From NCBI GenBank assembly GCA_965221125.1, contig CBDCRW010000004.1, positions 32,001 through 96,000 on the forward strand: a stretch of 64,000 nucleotides of DNA, read 5' to 3'. The position numbers and the translations under genes are program-made. Of the stretch, positions 18,124-27,626 are shown in pieces. The notes below the pieces were generated by a model. That model made no database searches. It saw only the letters and a program-made list of their open reading frames with translations, and was not told the DNA's origin. How positions within the stretch are numbered: position 1 is the first letter of the stretch; each line of letters starts with the position of its first letter. This DNA comes from Alphaproteobacteria bacterium (GTDB lineage: Bacteria > Pseudomonadota > Alphaproteobacteria > UBA828).

Positions 18124-19248
18124 ATGCCCCGCTATCAACGTTACCTCTTGCGCCAGCTCGTGGGTCCGTTCCTGCTCGTCGCGCTGGGCCTCACGGCGGT
18201 CGTCTGGCTGTCGCAGTCGCTGCGCATCATCGACCTGATCGTCAACAAGGGCCTGTCGTTCAGCGCCTTCCTGCTGATGAGCATGCTGGTGCTGCCGACC
18301 TTCCTGGGCGCGATCCTGCCGATCGCCTTCTTCTGCTCGCTGCTCTTCGTCTACAACAGGCTCACCATCGACAGCGAGCTGGTGTGCCTCAGGGCAGCCG
18401 GCGTCAGCCAATGGTCGCTCGCGAAGCCGGCGCTGCTGATGGCGACGATCATCGTTGTCGCCTCCTACGCGATCGTGATGTACGTCATGCCGATCAGCCA
18501 CCGGGAGTTCAAGGAGCGGCAGTTCGTGCTGCGCAGCGATCACTCGGCGCTGCTCCTCGAAGAAGGTTCGTTCAACTCGCTGACCGATGGCGTCACGGTC
18601 TACATTCGCGGGCGCGAGGGTGGCACGCTCAACGGCATCCTCGTGCACGACGCCCGCGAAAGGGAGAAGCCGGTCACGATGATGGCGGAGCGGGGCCTCC
18701 TGGTTCAGACGGCGGAAGGTCCCCGCTTCATCCTTTTCAACGGTCACCGGCAACGCATCGACCGCGATTCGGCGCAGCTTTCCCTGCTCAATTTCGAGCG
18801 CTATACGATGGACCTGGGCGAGTTCGCCCACCAGCAAGGCGCCCGCTCGCGCGAGCCGCGCGAACGCTTCGTGGGCGAGCTGCTCGACCCCGAGAGCGAG
18901 GGCGCGGAGCGGATGCGCAGCAAGTTTCTCTCCGAAGCGCACAACCGCATCGTCTCGCCGCTGTTCGCCTACACCCTTGTCGCCATCGGCCTGGCGGCGC
19001 TGCTCCTGGGCAACGTCGACCGGCGCGGGCAATGGCGCCGAATGCTCGTTGCGATCGCGGCCGCGGTCCTGTTCCAGGCCGCAGCACTCTTCCTGGTCAA
19101 CGCGACGGCCAAGAACAGCAGTCTCATTCCGCTCATGTATCTCAACCCGGTCCTCGCGACGGCGGCGGCGATCGCCGTGCTGCGTGGCCGTTTGCCGCGC
19201 CTGCTCGGCGGCCGCCCCGCGGCGCCGGAGCCGGGCGCGCAGGGGTAG
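18124..19248 (+). CDS. lptF: LPS export ABC permease
   Basis: RYLLRQLVGPF...WLSQSLRIIDLIVNKG...DSELVCLRAAGVS; first of lptF-lptG-lptD. Confidence 0.92.
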   Translation: MPRYQRYLLRQLVGPFLLVALGLTAVVWLSQSLRIIDLIVNKGLSFSAFLLMSMLVLPTFLGAILPIAFFCSLLFVYNRLTIDSELVCLRAAGVSQWSLAKPALLMATIIVVASYAIVMYVMPISHREFKERQFVLRSDHSALLLEEGSFNSLTDGVTVYIRGREGGTLNGILVHDAREREKPVTMMAERGLLVQTAEGPRFILFNGHRQRIDRDSAQLSLLNFERYTMDLGEFAHQQGARSREPRERFVGELLDPESEGAERMRSKFLSEAHNRIVSPLFAYTLVAIGLAALLLGNVDRRGQWRRMLVAIAAAVLFQAAALFLVNATAKNSSLIPLMYLNPVLATAAAIAVLRGRLPRLLGGRPAAPEPGAQG

Positions 19249-19261
19249 GGGCTTAGGGTCC

Positions 19262-20356
19262 ATGCGCCTCTCGTCCACGCTCTCGCTCTACATGGGCAGG
19301 CAATACCTGCAGAGCGTGGCACTCGTGTTCCTGGTCGTGATCGTCACCATTCTCATCGCCGACACGATCGAGCTGCTGCGCCGCGCGTCGGGGCCGGACA
19401 AGACGGCCACCATCGAGACCGTCCTCCAGATGGCGTCGCTCCATATTCCCTTCATGGCCCAGAAGGCGCTTCCCTTCGTCGTTCTCGTCGGCGGCATCGT
19501 GACCTTCGCGAAGCTGACGCGGAGCCGCGAGCTGGTGATCGCGCGGGCGGCGGGCGTCTCGGTCTGGCAGTTCCTGCTTCCGGCGCTCGTCATCGCGGCG
19601 CTGCTGGGCGGGCTCTTCATGACGGTGGTCAACCCGCTCGCCTCGGCAACCACCGCGCGCTTCGAGCAGCTGGACGCGACCCACCTGCGCGGCCAGTCCA
19701 GCCTCCTGGCGCTGTCGCAGACCGGGATCTGGCTGAGGCAGGGCGATGCGGAAAGCCAGTCCGTGATCCACGCCGAGAGTGTCGATCAGGAGACGATGAC
19801 GCTCCACGACACCATCATCTTCCTCTATGAAGAAGAGGATCAGTTCGTCGGACGCATCGACGCCGCCGAAGCCCGGCTCGAGGACGGTTACTGGAACCTG
19901 ACGGACGCTCTCTTCAGCGAGCCGGACGAGCCCACCCGGCACCGGGCGAACGCCCGCGTGCCGACCGATCTCACCCTGGAGCGTATCCAGAACAGCTTCT
20001 CGCCGCCGGAGACCCTGTCCTTCTGGGCTCTGCCGAGCTTCATCGAGGTGCTGGAGGCATCCGGCTTCTCCTCGGTGAAGCACCGGCTGCACTGGCATTC
20101 GCTACTCGCGGTTCCCCTTCTGCTCTGCGCGATGGTCCTGATAGCGGCGACCTTCTCGCTTCGCTTCACGCGGCGCGGCACGTGGGTGCTGGTGCTGGGC
20201 GGGCTGCTCACGGGATTTCTCCTCTTTTTTGTCTCGGACCTCGTCCTCGCCCTCGGCCTCTCCGGCAAGCTGCCGCCGGTGCTGGCGGCGTGGACTCCGG
20301 CGGTCATATTCACCCTGCTCGGCGTCGCTGGCCTGTTCCACCTCGAGGACGGATAG
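19262..20356 (+). CDS. lptG: LPS export ABC permease
   Basis: ELLRRAS...ELVIARAAGVSVWQF...PETLSFWALP...LFHLEDG. Confidence 0.92.
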   Translation: MRLSSTLSLYMGRQYLQSVALVFLVVIVTILIADTIELLRRASGPDKTATIETVLQMASLHIPFMAQKALPFVVLVGGIVTFAKLTRSRELVIARAAGVSVWQFLLPALVIAALLGGLFMTVVNPLASATTARFEQLDATHLRGQSSLLALSQTGIWLRQGDAESQSVIHAESVDQETMTLHDTIIFLYEEEDQFVGRIDAAEARLEDGYWNLTDALFSEPDEPTRHRANARVPTDLTLERIQNSFSPPETLSFWALPSFIEVLEASGFSSVKHRLHWHSLLAVPLLLCAMVLIAATFSLRFTRRGTWVLVLGGLLTGFLLFFVSDLVLALGLSGKLPPVLAAWTPAVIFTLLGVAGLFHLEDG

Positions 20357-20363
20357 CGCCGGC

Positions 20364-22523
20364 ATGATCAGAGCCCTCGCGCCGTTCATCCTCGCGTGTC
20401 TCCTGGCCCTCTCAGCATTCGAGGCGCGCGCGCAGGAGGCCGACGCCGTGCTGCCAGCCGATGAGCTGCTCGCAGGCGACCTCCTCATGACCGCCGACGA
20501 GCTGACCTATGACGAGGCCACCGATACGGTGATCGCGTCCGGCAATGTCGAGGTCGCCCAGGGCGAGCGCGTGCTGCGCGCCGCGCGCATCCACTACAGG
20601 CAGGGCGAGGGCGTGGTGACCGCCTCCGGCGACGTCGCGCTGCGGGAGCCGGGCGGTGAGGTGCTGTTCGCCGATTCCGTCGAGCTCACCGGCGACCTCC
20701 GAAGCGGCGTCATCCACCGCTTGAGCGTCCTCATGGCCAACAACGCGCGGATCGTCGCCGGCGGCGCCAGGCGCATCGACGGCAACCGCACCGTGATGCG
20801 GAAGGCGGTGTTTTCCCCCTGCGCGCTGTGCGCGGACGAGCCCGCCCGGCCACCGCTCTGGCAGATCAAGGCCGGGACCGTGATCCACGACCAGACCGAT
20901 CACGATCTCACCTACTACGATGCATCGCTCGAGGTCTTCGGCCTGCCCGTCCTCTACACCCCCTACTTCCGTCATCCCGATCCGAGCGTGACGCGGCAGA
21001 GCGGCTTCCTGTATCCCCTCTACCGAAGCTCCAGGGCCCTCGGCGTGGACGTGACGATCCCCTACTACTGGTCCCTCGCGCCCCACCGGGACCTGACGTT
21101 CTCGCCGCGCTTCACCTCCGACGAGGCGGTCGTGCTGGCCGGCGAGTACCGCGAGCGCACGCGGGACGGCCAGTACACCATCGATGCCAGCATCACCCAG
21201 GCGGACACACCGGCCGAGGACGGCCGCAATGTCCGCGGGCACATCTTCGGCCGCGGCCTCTTCGATATCGACGAGCACTGGCGCTGGGGCTTCGACGTGG
21301 AGCGCGCCATCGACGATACCTATCTCAAGCGCTACGACATTTCGTCGCAGGACGAGCTGGTCACGAACCTGTATGCGGAGCAGTACAGCCGGCGCAGCTT
21401 CCTGTCGGGCAACAGCTACTGGTTCCAGAGCCTCCGGGCGGGAGCACAGAGCGACCAGAGCCCCATCGTCCTTCCCCTGCTCGACGCGAATCTGGTGACC
21501 GCGCCCGACTATCTCGGCGGCTACGCCACGCTCGACGGCAATCTCATGATCCTGGAGCGTTTCGACGGGGTCGACAGCCGGCGGATTTCCGTTGCCGGAG
21601 GCTGGCACCGCCCGATGATCCTGTCCGGAGGGCACCTCTTCCGCATCGACGCGAGCCTGCGGGGCGACCTCTATCACTTCTACACGCCGGTCGACCCCCT
21701 GCTGCCCTCCGGCGCCATGGAGAGCGGCACGGCCGTGCGCCTCGTGCCGCAACTGGCTGTCGAATGGCGCTATCCGCTCATCTCCCGCCTCGGCCCGATC
21801 CGTCAGCTCATCGAGCCCATCGTGCAGGGCGTCATCAGCCCGGACGGCGGCAATCCGGCCGAGATTCCCAACGAGGACAGCCAGGACCTCGAATTCGATC
21901 ACACCAACCTGTTCAGCACCAACCGCTTCACCGGCCTCGACCGCATGGAGACCGGCCGGCGCGTGAATTACGGGGTGCGCCTCGGTTTCTACGGGCCCGA
22001 GGGCGGCCGGGCGACGGCATTGTTCGGGCAGAGCATCCGGCAGAAGGAAAACGCGCTGTTCGAACCCGGCAGCGGGCTCGAGCATCGGCTGTCGGACTTT
22101 GTCGGCCACATCCTCTTCGAACCGTCGCCCTGGGTCGATCTCTCGCTCCGCTTTCGCCTCGACCATCGCAACGCCAGGATCAGGCGCAACGAGATCGACC
22201 TCGCGGCCGGGCCGAGCTGGCTGCGGGGCACGCTCGGCTTCGTCGACCTGGACCAGCAGCCGGAGAGCATGACGGGAGACGGCCACGGCGGCAGGCAGGC
22301 GCTCATGGGCTTCACGGCGGGGCCCTTCGACAACTGGACCTTCTCATCCAGGATCCGCCGCGATATCGAGGACAACACTTCCATTAGCTGGAGGATCGGT
22401 CTTACCTATGAAGACGAGTGTGTGCTTGTCGGCACGGGCGTGTCGCGCTCCTTCACCCGTGACCGGGACATCGAGCCGGATACGGTATGGCTTTTGACCG
22501 TCGTTCTGAAGCAGACAGGCTGA
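20364..22523 (+). CDS. lptD: LPS-assembly outer membrane protein
   Basis: ADELTYD...ASGNVEV, FSPCALC...PPLWQIKA, YTPYFRHPDP.V.RQSGFL, IPNEDS, YEDEC. Confidence 0.93.
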   Translation: MIRALAPFILACLLALSAFEARAQEADAVLPADELLAGDLLMTADELTYDEATDTVIASGNVEVAQGERVLRAARIHYRQGEGVVTASGDVALREPGGEVLFADSVELTGDLRSGVIHRLSVLMANNARIVAGGARRIDGNRTVMRKAVFSPCALCADEPARPPLWQIKAGTVIHDQTDHDLTYYDASLEVFGLPVLYTPYFRHPDPSVTRQSGFLYPLYRSSRALGVDVTIPYYWSLAPHRDLTFSPRFTSDEAVVLAGEYRERTRDGQYTIDASITQADTPAEDGRNVRGHIFGRGLFDIDEHWRWGFDVERAIDDTYLKRYDISSQDELVTNLYAEQYSRRSFLSGNSYWFQSLRAGAQSDQSPIVLPLLDANLVTAPDYLGGYATLDGNLMILERFDGVDSRRISVAGGWHRPMILSGGHLFRIDASLRGDLYHFYTPVDPLLPSGAMESGTAVRLVPQLAVEWRYPLISRLGPIRQLIEPIVQGVISPDGGNPAEIPNEDSQDLEFDHTNLFSTNRFTGLDRMETGRRVNYGVRLGFYGPEGGRATALFGQSIRQKENALFEPGSGLEHRLSDFVGHILFEPSPWVDLSLRFRLDHRNARIRRNEIDLAAGPSWLRGTLGFVDLDQQPESMTGDGHGGRQALMGFTAGPFDNWTFSSRIRRDIEDNTSISWRIGLTYEDECVLVGTGVSRSFTRDRDIEPDTVWLLTVVLKQTG

Positions 22524-22530
22524 GGCGGCC

Positions 22531-23499
22531 ATGAGGATTTCGCAGTTCGCAAGGTTGGCTCCACTGCTGCTCGCGCTGCTGCCGCTCGTCCTCTTGCCGG
22601 CAGGCCGGGCGAGCGGCCAGGAGTCCATAGGCATCGCCGCGGTGGTCAACAACGAGGCGATTTCGATCCCCGACCTGGTGGCCCGCATCGACGTTGCCAT
22701 CGTGGCATCGCGCTTGCGCGCCAGCGAGGACCTGCGCCGGCAGCTCGCGCCGCAGGTGCTGCGCTCGCTCGTCGACGAGCGGCTGAAGGTGCAGGAAGCC
22801 GAGCGCCTCGGCGTGACGGTCACTGACGCCGAGATGGCGAACGCGCGGCGCAGCGTCGAGCAGCGCAACGGAATCGCCGGCGGCGGACTGGATGACTTCC
22901 TGCAACGCCAGGGGCTGAATGTCGCGACCGTTACCGACCAGCTCCGCGCCGAGATTCTCTGGTCCAAGCTCGTGCGCGGCCGGCTCGGCGCCGCGGTCTC
23001 GGTGGGCGAGGGCGAAATCGACGAGGCGCTCGCCCAGCTCGAAGCCAACCGGGGGCGCCCCGAGTATCGCGTCGCCGAGATCTTCCTCGCGGTCGAGTCG
23101 AGCGAGCAGGAGAGCGAGGTTCGCGCCGCCGCTGAGAGCCTCTTCGAGCAGCTGAAGGCGGGCGCGAAGTTCGACCAGATCGCCAGCCAGTTCTCGCAGA
23201 GCGCCACCGCCGCCGTCGGCGGCGACATCGGCTGGGTTCTCGAAGGGGAGCTTCCGAGCGAGATCGAGGCCGTGCTCGCGCGCATGCAACCGGGGAGGAT
23301 CGCCCCTCCGGTGCGCACGTTCGACGGCTACAGCATCGTCCTGCTCATCGACCGCCGCACGGTGCTCTCGGATGCGCCTGCCGCGGGTCCCGATCGGGAG
23401 GCGATCCGCCAGGAGATCGGCCAGCGCAGGCTGGAGATGCTCGCGCGACGCTACCTGCGCGACCTGCACCGCTCGGCGTTCATCAGCGTAAGGATTTGA
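22531..23499 (+). CDS. surA: SurA-like peptidylprolyl isomerase/chaperone
   Basis: IAAVVNNEAIS, LVDERLKVQEA, parvulin domain FSQSATAAVGGDIGW. Confidence 0.88.
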   Translation: MRISQFARLAPLLLALLPLVLLPAGRASGQESIGIAAVVNNEAISIPDLVARIDVAIVASRLRASEDLRRQLAPQVLRSLVDERLKVQEAERLGVTVTDAEMANARRSVEQRNGIAGGGLDDFLQRQGLNVATVTDQLRAEILWSKLVRGRLGAAVSVGEGEIDEALAQLEANRGRPEYRVAEIFLAVESSEQESEVRAAAESLFEQLKAGAKFDQIASQFSQSATAAVGGDIGWVLEGELPSEIEAVLARMQPGRIAPPVRTFDGYSIVLLIDRRTVLSDAPAAGPDREAIRQEIGQRRLEMLARRYLRDLHRSAFISVRI

Positions 23500-24377
23500 C
23501 CGGCGCCCGGGCCCCCGATGCGGCGGACGGCGGGCAGGACGCCGCGCTGCCGCCGCTCTCCGCCGTCATCGCGCGGCACGACCTGCAGCCGAGGCGCGCG
23601 CTCGGGCAGCACTTCCTCCTCGATCCCGGTCTTTGCGGCAAGATCGTCCGCGCGGCCCGGCTTCGGAGTTCGGCCGTCGTGCTGGAGGTGGGGCCCGGGC
23701 CCGGCGGGTTGACCAGGGCGCTGCTCGCGGCCGGCGCGGCGCGCGTCGTCGCGGTGGAGAAGGACCGCCGCTGCGTGGCCGCGCTCGGCGAGCTCGCGGC
23801 GCGCTATCCCGGCCGCCTCGATGTCATCGAGGGCGACGCGCTCGCCTTCGACGCCGCGGCCCTCGGCCCCTCCAAGATCGCCATCGTGGCGAACCTCCCC
23901 TACAACGTCGGCACGCGGCTCCTGCTGCGCTGGCTGGAGCGGGTCGAGCGGATCGAGAGCATGACGCTCATGTTCCAGAAGGAGGTCGCGCAGCGGATCG
24001 CCGCGACGGGAGGGCGGGACTACGGCGGGCTCTCGGTGCGCGCGCAGTGGCTCTGCGCTTGCGAGCGGCTCTTCGACGTGAGCCCGCGCGCCTTCGTGCC
24101 GCCGCCTGCGGTGACCTCTGCGGTGGTGCGCCTGGTGCCGCGAGACGCGCCGCTCGCGCCGGCGGACCCCGATGCCCTCGACGCCGTGACCCGTGCCGCG
24201 TTCGGCCAGCGCAGGAAGATGCTGCGGCGCGCCCTGCGCGGTCTCACGCCGGACCCGCAGGCCCTGCTGCAGAGCGCCGGCATTTCGCCCGAGGCGCGGG
24301 CCGAGGCGCTCTCAGTCGCCGAATTCTGCGCGCTCGCGCGGGCGTGGTCCGCCATGCGGAGCGCAGGAGCGCGGTAA
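23496..24377 (+). CDS. rsmA: 16S rRNA adenine dimethyltransferase
   Basis: LGQHFLLD, VLEVGPGPGGLT, VANLPYNV, MFQKEVA, AFGQRRKML; TTG start overlaps surA stop. Confidence 0.95.
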   Translation: MTGARAPDAADGGQDAALPPLSAVIARHDLQPRRALGQHFLLDPGLCGKIVRAARLRSSAVVLEVGPGPGGLTRALLAAGAARVVAVEKDRRCVAALGELAARYPGRLDVIEGDALAFDAAALGPSKIAIVANLPYNVGTRLLLRWLERVERIESMTLMFQKEVAQRIAATGGRDYGGLSVRAQWLCACERLFDVSPRAFVPPPAVTSAVVRLVPRDAPLAPADPDALDAVTRAAFGQRRKMLRRALRGLTPDPQALLQSAGISPEARAEALSVAEFCALARAWSAMRSAGAR

Positions 24378-24526
24378 TTCCGCTTGCCATCGGGGCCGGC
24401 ACGCTTTAGTCATCCCGCCGTCATGATTGTGAACGCTCGCCTGCGACGACGAGACACCTGACTTCGCCGCGCCATCGGCGCGGCGGCTGCACCACAGTGC
24501 CCGTCTGACGTCGAGAGCGAGCAATC

Positions 24527-25063
24527 ATGTCTCCCATACGGTTCGAGCGGCCGCAGGACGGCCCGCAAATCGAAAACCTGCTGGACAGGGCGTTCGGCGT
24601 GGACCGCCACGCCCGGCCCTCCTACCGCCTGCGCGCGGGCGTTGCACCCGTGCGCACCCTCTGCTTCGTGGCTGAAGACGAGGGCCGCATCGTCGGCACC
24701 ATTCGCCATTGGCCCGTCCGCATCGGAGAGACGGGACGCGCGCTGCTGCTTGGGCCGATCGCGGTCGATCCCGTCCGTGAGCGCCAGGGGATCGGCCGGC
24801 GGCTGGTGCGGGCCGGCCTGTATCAGGCTGCGGCGGTTGGATACGAGGCCGTCGTGGCGGTGGGCACGCCGTCGTTCCTCATCGGCTCGCCTGCGTTTCT
24901 CAGCCGCTTCGGCTTTGCCGACGCGGGGAGCTTCGGGATCACGCTCCCCGGCCTCGACGATCCGCGCAAGCTGTTCGCGCTGGCGCTCGCGCCCGGCGTC
25001 TTCGACCGCGTGAACGGCGCGATCCAGCGTGTCAGTGGGTCGGCGTGTTCGCCCCCGACGTAA
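24527..25063 (+). CDS. GNAT N-acetyltransferase (YhbS-like)
   Basis: LLDRAFG..R....YRLR, LLLGPIAVDP...RQGIGRRLV, RFGF. Confidence 0.85.
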   Translation: MSPIRFERPQDGPQIENLLDRAFGVDRHARPSYRLRAGVAPVRTLCFVAEDEGRIVGTIRHWPVRIGETGRALLLGPIAVDPVRERQGIGRRLVRAGLYQAAAVGYEAVVAVGTPSFLIGSPAFLSRFGFADAGSFGITLPGLDDPRKLFALALAPGVFDRVNGAIQRVSGSACSPPT

Positions 25064-25700
25064 GCCGGCGCACGAAGCCCTCCAGGCCCCGAAGGCGCTC
25101 CCGGCGCAGCCGCTCGGCCCGGAGGATCGCACGCACATCCTCGACCGCCTTCTCCAGCGCCGTGTTGACGACGACGTAATCGTACTCGTCGTGGTGGCTC
25201 ATCTCGTCGGCGGCGCGGCTCATCCGCTGCGCCACCACCTCGGGGCTGTCCTGGGCGCGTCGCCGGAGCCGCTGCTCAAGCGCGTCCAGCGACGGCGGCA
25301 GGATGAAGACGCGGACCAGATCGCCCCGCACCGCCTCGGCAAGCTGCTGGCTGCCCTGCCAGTCGATATCGAAGACCACGTCGCGCCCGGCGTCGAGCGC
25401 GCGTTCCACCGGGTCGCGCGTGGTGCCGTACCAGTGGCCGAACACCTCCGCGCTTTCGAGGAACTCGCCCCGCTCCCGCAGGCGGGCGAAGGCGGCCTGG
25501 TCCGTGAAGTGATAGTCCCGGCCGTCCATCTCGTCCGGCCGCTTCGGCCGCGTGGTGTGGGAGATCGAGATTTCGACGCCGCCGCCTTCGAGCTCGACCA
25601 GGCGGCGGGTGATCGTCGTCTTGCCGGCGCCTGAGGGCGACGACAGCACCAGCAGGAGGCCGCGGCGCTCCAGGGCGGGATCGGTATCCGGCGCGCTCAC
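25032..25700 (-). CDS. gmk: Guanylate kinase
   Basis: LSSPSGAGKTT, SISHTTRPKRPDEMDGRDYHF, FDIDWQG. Confidence 0.96.
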   Translation of the reverse strand: MSAPDTDPALERRGLLLVLSSPSGAGKTTITRRLVELEGGGVEISISHTTRPKRPDEMDGRDYHFTDQAAFARLRERGEFLESAEVFGHWYGTTRDPVERALDAGRDVVFDIDWQGSQQLAEAVRGDLVRVFILPPSLDALEQRLRRRAQDSPEVVAQRMSRAADEMSHHDEYDYVVVNTALEKAVEDVRAILRAERLRRERLRGLEGFVRRLTSGANTPTH

Positions 25701-25703
25701 CGT

Positions 25704-26603
25704 CTATTCCACGTTCTGTACCTGCTCGCGGAACTGGTCGATGGCGGCCTTGAGCGCGAGGCCGATGTCCGTGAGCGCGGCGTGGGAGGCTTTTGAGCAG
25801 AGCGTGTTGGCCTCCCGGTTGAACTCCTGGGCGAGGAAATCGAGCTTGCGGCCGACGGCGCCGTCCTCCTGCAGGTGGCGCGCCGCCGCCGCGCAGTGGG
25901 ATTTCAGGCGGTCGATCTCCTCGGTCACGTCGATCTTGACGGCCAGCATCGCGAGCTCCGCGGCGAGGCGCTCCTCGGCCACCGGCGCGCCGGCGTCGAC
26001 CAGCGCCGCCACCTGCTCGCGCAGCCGGGCGCCGAGCGCCTCCTGGCGCGACGGCGCGAGCGCCTCGGCCTGGCGCGTCAGGGCAGCGATCTCCGCGATC
26101 CGGTCCGTGAGCGCCGCCGCGAGCTGGGTCCCCTCGGCCTGCCGCTCGTGCACCAGCTCCGCGAGCGCGGCATCGAGCGTTTCCAGCATGGCGTCGTCGT
26201 CCTGGCCCGAGTCCGCGTCGTTGTCGGGCTGCTCGGCGGCTTCGATCACGCCGCGCAGCGCCAGCATGCCGTCGAGGCTGGGCGGCGCGATGCCTTCGTT
26301 GGCACGGTACTCGGCGGCGAGCGCGATCAGCTCGTCGAGCCAGGCCCTGTTCACGCGCATGGCGGCGGCGTCCGGCGCCTGGGAGAGCCTGAGCCCTACC
26401 GTGACGTTGCCGCGCTTGAGCCGCGCCGCCACCCTGCCGCGCACCGCCGGGTCGAGCCGCTCCAGCCCCTGCGGCAGGCGGCAGCGGATGTCGAGCGCCC
26501 GCCCGTTCACGCTCTTGATCTCCCAGCTCCAGCCGGCAGCGCCGCTGCTGCCGCCGGCACGGGCGAACCCGGTCATGCTGGAAACGCGAATCGTGTCGGT
26601 CAT
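25704..26603 (-). CDS. yicC: YicC/YloC family endoribonuclease
   Basis: SMTGFAR, WEIKSVNGR.LD, EEIDRL, GRKLDFLAQEFNREANTLCSK, REQVQNVE. Confidence 0.95.
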   Translation of the reverse strand: MTDTIRVSSMTGFARAGGSSGAAGWSWEIKSVNGRALDIRCRLPQGLERLDPAVRGRVAARLKRGNVTVGLRLSQAPDAAAMRVNRAWLDELIALAAEYRANEGIAPPSLDGMLALRGVIEAAEQPDNDADSGQDDDAMLETLDAALAELVHERQAEGTQLAAALTDRIAEIAALTRQAEALAPSRQEALGARLREQVAALVDAGAPVAEERLAAELAMLAVKIDVTEEIDRLKSHCAAAARHLQEDGAVGRKLDFLAQEFNREANTLCSKASHAALTDIGLALKAAIDQFREQVQNVE

Positions 26604-26621
26604 CCGGACGCCTCTCCTTGG

Positions 26622-27623
26622 CTAGTTCTTCTCACTGGCCCGCGTGGCGCGCCAGCGGGCGACGTTGCGATTGTGCTCGTCCAGGGTCGCCGCGAAGGCG
26701 TGCCCGCCGGAGCCGTCGGCCACGAAATAGAGAGCGTCGGTCTCCGCCGGCTGCATGACCGCGGCGAGCGAGGCCCGCCCCGGATTGGCGATGGGCCCCG
26801 GCGGCAGGCCGTTCTGGCGGTAGGTGTTGTAGGGACTCTCCAGCCAGAGATCCGCGCGCGAGAGCGGCCGCCCCAGCGGTCGCTTGCCGCCGGTCACGGC
26901 GTAGACCACGGTGACGTCGGCCTGGAGCCGCATGCCCTGCCGCAGCCGGTTGAGGAAGACGCCGGCGATGAGAGGGCGCTCCTCGGCGACGGCGGTCTCC
27001 TTCTCGACGATGGAGGCGAGCACCACCGCCTGCTCCGCACTGTCGAGCGCGACCGCGGAATCGCGCGCCTGCCACAGCTCGTCGACCAGGCGCGCCATGT
27101 CGTGCTCCATGCGCTCTATCAGCCTGGCCCGGCTGTCGCCGAGGTCGTAGTGGTAGGTCTCGGGCAGGAGCGTCCCTTCCGCGGGCGCCTCCGCGATCTC
27201 GCCCACGAGCCAAGGCACGTCGTTCAGCAGGGCCACGACCTCCGCGCTGGTCATGCCCTCCGTGACGGTGAGCCGGTGCAAGACCGTATCGCCCGCCACC
27301 AGCTTCTCCATCACGCCGCGCGGCGTGACCAGCGCCTCGAACATGTATTCGCCCGCCTTGAGCGACTGCTGCTTGTCCTCGATCCAGAGGCCGGCGACGA
27401 AGAGCAGCGGGTCGTCGATTACGCCCGCGTCCTCGAGCAGGTCGGCGATGTCGAAGGCGCTCGCTCCTTGCGGCAGGACCACGGTGCGCTCGTCGCGCGC
27501 AGGCCCCGGCGTGTCGAGCCTGCCGTGAACGTAGAGCCAGCCCGCGATCACCAGGACGACGACGAGGCCAACCAGGACCGCCAACCCCGTCAGCGGCCAC
27601 AGGACGGCGCGCCTCATCGCCAC
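26622..27623 (-). CDS. mltG: Endolytic transglycosylase
   Basis: EGTLLPETY, LASIVEKET, FLNRL..GMRLQAD, SPYNTY..GLPPGPIANPG. Confidence 0.95.
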   Translation of the reverse strand: MAMRRAVLWPLTGLAVLVGLVVVLVIAGWLYVHGRLDTPGPARDERTVVLPQGASAFDIADLLEDAGVIDDPLLFVAGLWIEDKQQSLKAGEYMFEALVTPRGVMEKLVAGDTVLHRLTVTEGMTSAEVVALLNDVPWLVGEIAEAPAEGTLLPETYHYDLGDSRARLIERMEHDMARLVDELWQARDSAVALDSAEQAVVLASIVEKETAVAEERPLIAGVFLNRLRQGMRLQADVTVVYAVTGGKRPLGRPLSRADLWLESPYNTYRQNGLPPGPIANPGRASLAAVMQPAETDALYFVADGSGGHAFAATLDEHNRNVARWRATRASEKN

Positions 27624-27626
27624 CCT

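Noticed and set aside
25032-25063. 32-bp convergent overlap of GNAT and gmk
   Set aside because: Common tail-to-tail overlap in high-GC genomes; no sign of function.
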